DNA of 38,194 nucleotides from Seison nebaliae (Eukaryota): NCBI GenBank assembly GCA_023231475.1, contig JALJEE010002091.1, positions 1 to 38,194 of the forward strand, read 5' to 3'. Shown piece by piece: positions 33,605 to 38,194 of this stretch (position 1 is its first letter; each line of letters starts with the position of its first letter). The notes under the pieces were generated by a model. It saw only the letters and a program-made list of their open reading frames with translations, ran no database searches and was not told where the DNA came from. The position numbers and the translations under genes were made by a program.

Positions 33605-34875
33605 GATGAATGATGGAATGAATATCATAAGTATAATAGAAAGACCTTGTTCGAACGAGTGATATAATTATATTCTCTCTCATAGTTAGGTCAAATGAAA
33701 GTCATGACATAATAATATATTATCATGAAAATTACCATTTGATGGAATTTGAATGGAAATTATATTCAAATTCAAATATAAAACTTTTGTCTAATTTTAG
33801 TTTTGTCCCTCAATTAAATTTCTCCGATTGTATAATAAGTTGTTGATTCTTCCTTTTATTGTCAATTAACAATCGACATTCAATTCTATGACACTAAAAA
33901 TTATTATTCATGTACCATCACTTCTTTTATTCTCCTTCGATGTCGACTCATAAAATGACGAATTATATTTCCAATTTCACGCATCAAACTCTCATTAGGA
34001 ACTGTATGTTACATAACGCTCATAACATTTAACGTAGCAAATTAAGAGAGTTTTAGATGGAAATAACTTTAACGGTTTTGAGGAAACTTTAGAAATTTAG
34101 TAGAACATTTTAGAAATTTACAGAATGATTTTAAGAAGAAATTCAGTTAAGAAAATTTTTATTGAAAAAATATATAAAAAATAATTATAATAGATTAAAT
34201 TAATAATATTCCATTTGATTGAATGTAGCTGTGAAATGGAAATGGATCATCAAATCATCATTAAATTTCCCGGGTATGATTGTAATAAGATAAGTGAAAT
34301 GAGTATTGGATAAATCTTTCCAGTCACTTTGATGAGTAATTTCCTCCCTTTGATGCACATAAGTTTCTAGGTCTATGGCCACCCGTTGGAATTCAAAAAA
34401 GGAATGATGATTTGAATGATATTTGAGATGGGCATCATTCAAACATCATCATTCCTTTAAAGACTTCCAACATTATCGATCCTAAAAAACAGTTATAAGA
34501 ATAAAAGGAGAAAAAATTAACTTTTGAAAATATCTTTATACTATATCTATTGAATTCCCATCAATTCTTATTGGTTTTATATAGAAAACTTTTATTATTT
34601 ATTATTAATTAAAATAATTTAAACAAATTATTTAATTCAATTTTTATTGGACTAATTGAACCAATGAAATTCATGAGAATTAGTTGCTGCTTAATATCTT
34701 TATTAATTATAATATTAAACTTATTTAAGAATCTGGACAATTTTATAGTGGATTATGCGCAAATAGTTGAACAAATTATAAGCTTCTCCAAAATTTTTCA
34801 AATTATGAAAAATTTGATTTTTTTTAAAATCATAATTTATCGTCATTTGTGTTTATTTGAATAAAATCTTTTGTA

Positions 34876-36700
34876 TTAACTGATGATACGATGAATCCAT
34901 GTCAAACTTCGTTGAACCGAAGTATAGAAACCATAATTGGTTGATTTTCCGCATTCGATATCCACACCAGATGACGCAATTCCAACAACCTGCCAAGAAG
35001 ATTGACCGTTCTCATTTTTTCTAAATTGCATCAAAGGACTTCCCGAATCGCCCATACACGTGTCTTTCATTTCCTTAGGAGAACCGGCACAAAAAGCATT
35101 TTCTGGAATAAGTTCTGATTTATCTAAAATATTTTAAAAGATTTCACAATTTATTAATCGGTCAAAATAAACTTTCCCAATTTCTTAGACATTCCAATTG
35201 AGAAACGATGGGAATTTTCAATTGACGTAATTTCATTGTAACGAAATTGTGTTCGGTGGCGCCCCAACCGATGACATAACCTTGTTCATCCGGTAATGGT
35301 ATCGGTCCAACTTCATATTTTGAACTTGGAAGACATATCGGTCGAATAGTTGTAGAGAAGTAAATTGAACGTTCTAATTGGATTAATGCGATATCATATG
35401 AATACGTCACTGGATCATAATCAGGATGTACAATAATTCTTTTTATCTATCTCAAAATATCTCAATTTATATATATTTAAATTAAATAAACTTCAGTTTT
35501 GTTCAATTGAGAAACTTCTTTTAAATTATTTGAAAATGCAACATGAATTGATGATAAATTTATCTTATTTTGTTGATAAGGTGTATAAACACAATGTGCA
35601 GCGGTCAATAAATATCGATCATTAATTATCGATCCACCACAAAAATGGATATATCCCAACGTCTTATTCAGTTTCAATTGTAACGATGCTCTCCATGGAT
35701 AATCGAAATTTGAACGAACAATCGTTCCATGTGATATCTTTGCTCGGAATGTCGAATTAATTACTTTACCACATTCTTAATAATTATCGTGAAAATTGAA
35801 ATGAAGATAATGAAATAAAATGAATAAACCCATTATACAAACCGTTTCTCTACCACTCCATTCACCGTTTGGTAAACAAGATCGTAAGCGAGAACCGAAT
35901 AATCGATAAAGAGGTTCACAATCAAATTTCACAGTTGTTCCTGGAAGATGAACATGATATGGTAATTGTTGGATTGTTTGAGAGACATTCATTTCAATTT
36001 CCATCTTAACGAAAATTCCAGATCTCAAATTATTTTTCGATTTTCTTTTTAAAATAATTTATTAAAAAAATTTAAAATTAAAAAATGGAATAATTAGTTA
36101 GATTAATTTCCAATTAACTTTCTCGCCATAACATTCGTAATTCTTTTAATTGCATTTAATGGTGAGGGAAGATCTTCACAAACTAATTTCTTTAATGAAA
36201 ACTTTTAAAATTTTCGAAAAATTTAACTTCTTATACAATTCGGTTTTCTCTTCCAAAATTTCATTTCCCCATCACATTTCATCGTTTCACTTCCGATATT
36301 ATAGAAACCTTTGACACATTTAGCATAGCAACTATTTGTGGATGAGGAATCATCAGAAAAACAGATAAAAATAAACTTATCGTTGTTACATGTTATATTG
36401 TAAATCTCTTTATCAAAAATACTCAATGGACAATTCGGTTGAGTTTCTTATTGAAAAATATTGAAATTATTAAAAAATGAAATTATCAAGAATTAAACTA
36501 ATTGAGGAACAAGACGTGGTGATTTTTGGTGACCAGTTATCGGTTGTTATGTTACAAAAATAAAATTTCGGTCCTTTCATCTGATAATTTTTTATGCACT
36601 CAATGTGCACAGTTCTTCCATGAAATTGCGCTATAGAATTGGCAATTTTCAATATTTTACCTCTCTCACAGGGAAATTCTTGAAATAATTTTTCTCTCAT
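34876..36700 (-). CDS. CCP/sushi-domain (about 3) trypsin-like S1A serine protease; 5' end unresolved
   Basis: Catalytic triad motifs [22 protein letters not shown] (S1 Asp); activation region ECGK...RAK/ISHG...YPW; CCP-like exons ([47 protein letters not shown]...[23 protein letters not shown]...WSPKITTSC) joined by GT-AG introns. No signal-peptide exon located. Confidence 0.88.
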
Positions 36701-37597
36701 TTTACAAATGGAAATTTTAAACTACAAATGGGAAACAATTGTTCTGTTCAATTCTTTCATGGGAAATTAGTTATAATAAGAATTTTGATGTTACATACTT
36801 AAAATACTTTTTTTTATTAATTAATGTGTGCATTATACTTTGAGTATGCACCTTAGCAAAAATCATTTTCGTCGGTGATAAATAATGTTCTATTTTGTTT
36901 TAAGAATCTATTTTTTCACATTTAAATTTAAAAGTTATCATTTAGTCTTCGTAATGACTATAATTTATACACAATATTTTTGATCTATTAAGATAATCAA
37001 ACATAATTTATCATATGTCTTAAAGTACATTTCGGAAGATACTGGAATATCGAGATAACACAATCAGAAGAATATTGCTATTAAAATATAGAAGAACATT
37101 ATAAATAAAAATGAAAATCACAAATCGAATGTATGTTATGTGTTGGAAATGATGAGTGAATGATAATTTGAGGCGAGGAGTTGATATTACGTTTAGACTT
37201 ATCGATATTATAAATGATAGTTTGATAGTTATCATTATCTTATCGGTTCAACCGATGGTGATCGATGACTCACAGTTGTGGTTGGTAACGTGATATAGTC
37301 TATTATATATATAGGTTAAAAGATGATTGATAGCCCATTGAACGTAGAGTAAAGGATAAAATATTAGGGTCATTAAGCGCAGCACTACAAAAATTTGAAA
37401 TTTATCGAATTTCCCCAAATAATCGGAGAGAAAGAATTTTATAAACTGAATAAAATCTATATTAACGGAAAGTTATGAATGTTTCTCTCATAGTTGTCAA
37501 CAGGTCCGGATATGGCTTCAGATTGAATAATTACAAAAAAGTACAATCTTTAGAGCATTATCATTAAAATTATTCAAAGTTTGAAAATTCGAAATCC

Positions 37598-37611
37598 GTT
37601 ACCATGGAAAC
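37598..37611. promoter_or_regulatory. X-box (RFX binding site) in the DNAL1 promoter
   Basis: GTTACCATGGAAAC matches GTTNCCATGGNAAC and lies about 55 nt upstream of the ATG of a ciliary gene. Confidence 0.85.
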
Positions 37612-37665
37612 AGAAGCCTAACTTAAGTGAAAATATGAACCAAAAGAATTTTTCCAATTTGTGAT

Positions 37666-38194
37666 ATGGTTTGTATTTCTATTTTTTTGTGAAATTTAAC
37701 GCATTATTTCCGTTCACTAGTCTAAAGGTACAACAATAAAAGAAGCGATTTTTAAATGGGTTCAATTCTCTTTCAATTGATTTTTTTGATGTTAGAGTTT
37801 TCAGGAAGAAAAACATGAGGGTAAAAAAGCTTCGGAAGCTCATGTAGTCAAATTATATGGACAACTGCCACCAATTGAGAAGATGGATGCTTTTCTGTCG
37901 TCACTGGCTAATTGCGAGTTATCTGATTAATAGATATTTGTTTATTTAACGAATTGTTTAGACATTTGTCATTATCCACAAACTCGATTGAGAAGATTGC
38001 TAATCTTAGCGCATTAAGTTAAAACTATTTAATTAATAATTTAGAGTTTTAATCATATTTTTTTCTTAGAACACTTGAAAGTATTGTCATTAGGAAGGAA
38101 TAATATAAAGAATTTGACAGGATTAGAGGCCATTGGCGATACGTTATTAGAGTTATGGATATCTTATAATCAAATCGAGAAACTGAAAGGAGTC
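37666..38194 (+). CDS. DNAL1: Dynein axonemal light chain 1 (LRR), 5' part; not in the ORF track
   Basis: ATG-only first coding exon (37666-37668), then [111 protein letters not shown]; runs off the window. Confidence 0.96.

Noticed and set aside
37020..37235. Hydrophobic ORF as first exon of the protease
   Set aside because: I could not link it in phase to the CCP exons; composition fits AT-rich non-coding DNA.
1..38194. Alternative genetic code or non-GT-AG introns to explain the broken ORFs
   Set aside because: Every recognised gene splices into an intact frame with GT-AG introns and the standard code.

Overview
AT-rich, gene-dense DNA from a compact invertebrate (animal) nuclear genome with many ~40-70 nt GT-AG introns; the ORF track fragments most genes, so I spliced them by hand. 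In order: a partial Gly/Ser-rich protein (-), an RRP7 C-terminal-domain gene (+), two tandem nicotinic acetylcholine receptor alpha genes (-), about 4.2 kb of non-coding DNA, EXOSC2/RRP4 (-), class I aldolase (-), intronless TTC21B/IFT139 (-), FCF1 (+), ASCC3 (-), RMND1 (+), a CLC transporter (+), a small secreted Glu-rich prepropeptide (-), a CCP/sushi trypsin-like protease (-) and the 5' part of DNAL1 (+) with a consensus X-box. Highlights: (1) both nAChR paralogues carry two mutually exclusive loop-A exons that switch the ligand-binding Tyr to Phe; (2) nearly all constitutive introns use a GTT 5' splice site, whereas three of the four alternative exons use canonical GTAAG/GTGAG; (3) an 80-aa precursor has conantokin/Gla-protein-like architecture; (4) the FCF1 and ASCC3 stop codons converge 5 nt apart. 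Gene names come from recognised motifs, not database searches. The organism is not determined; a rotifer relative is only a guess.
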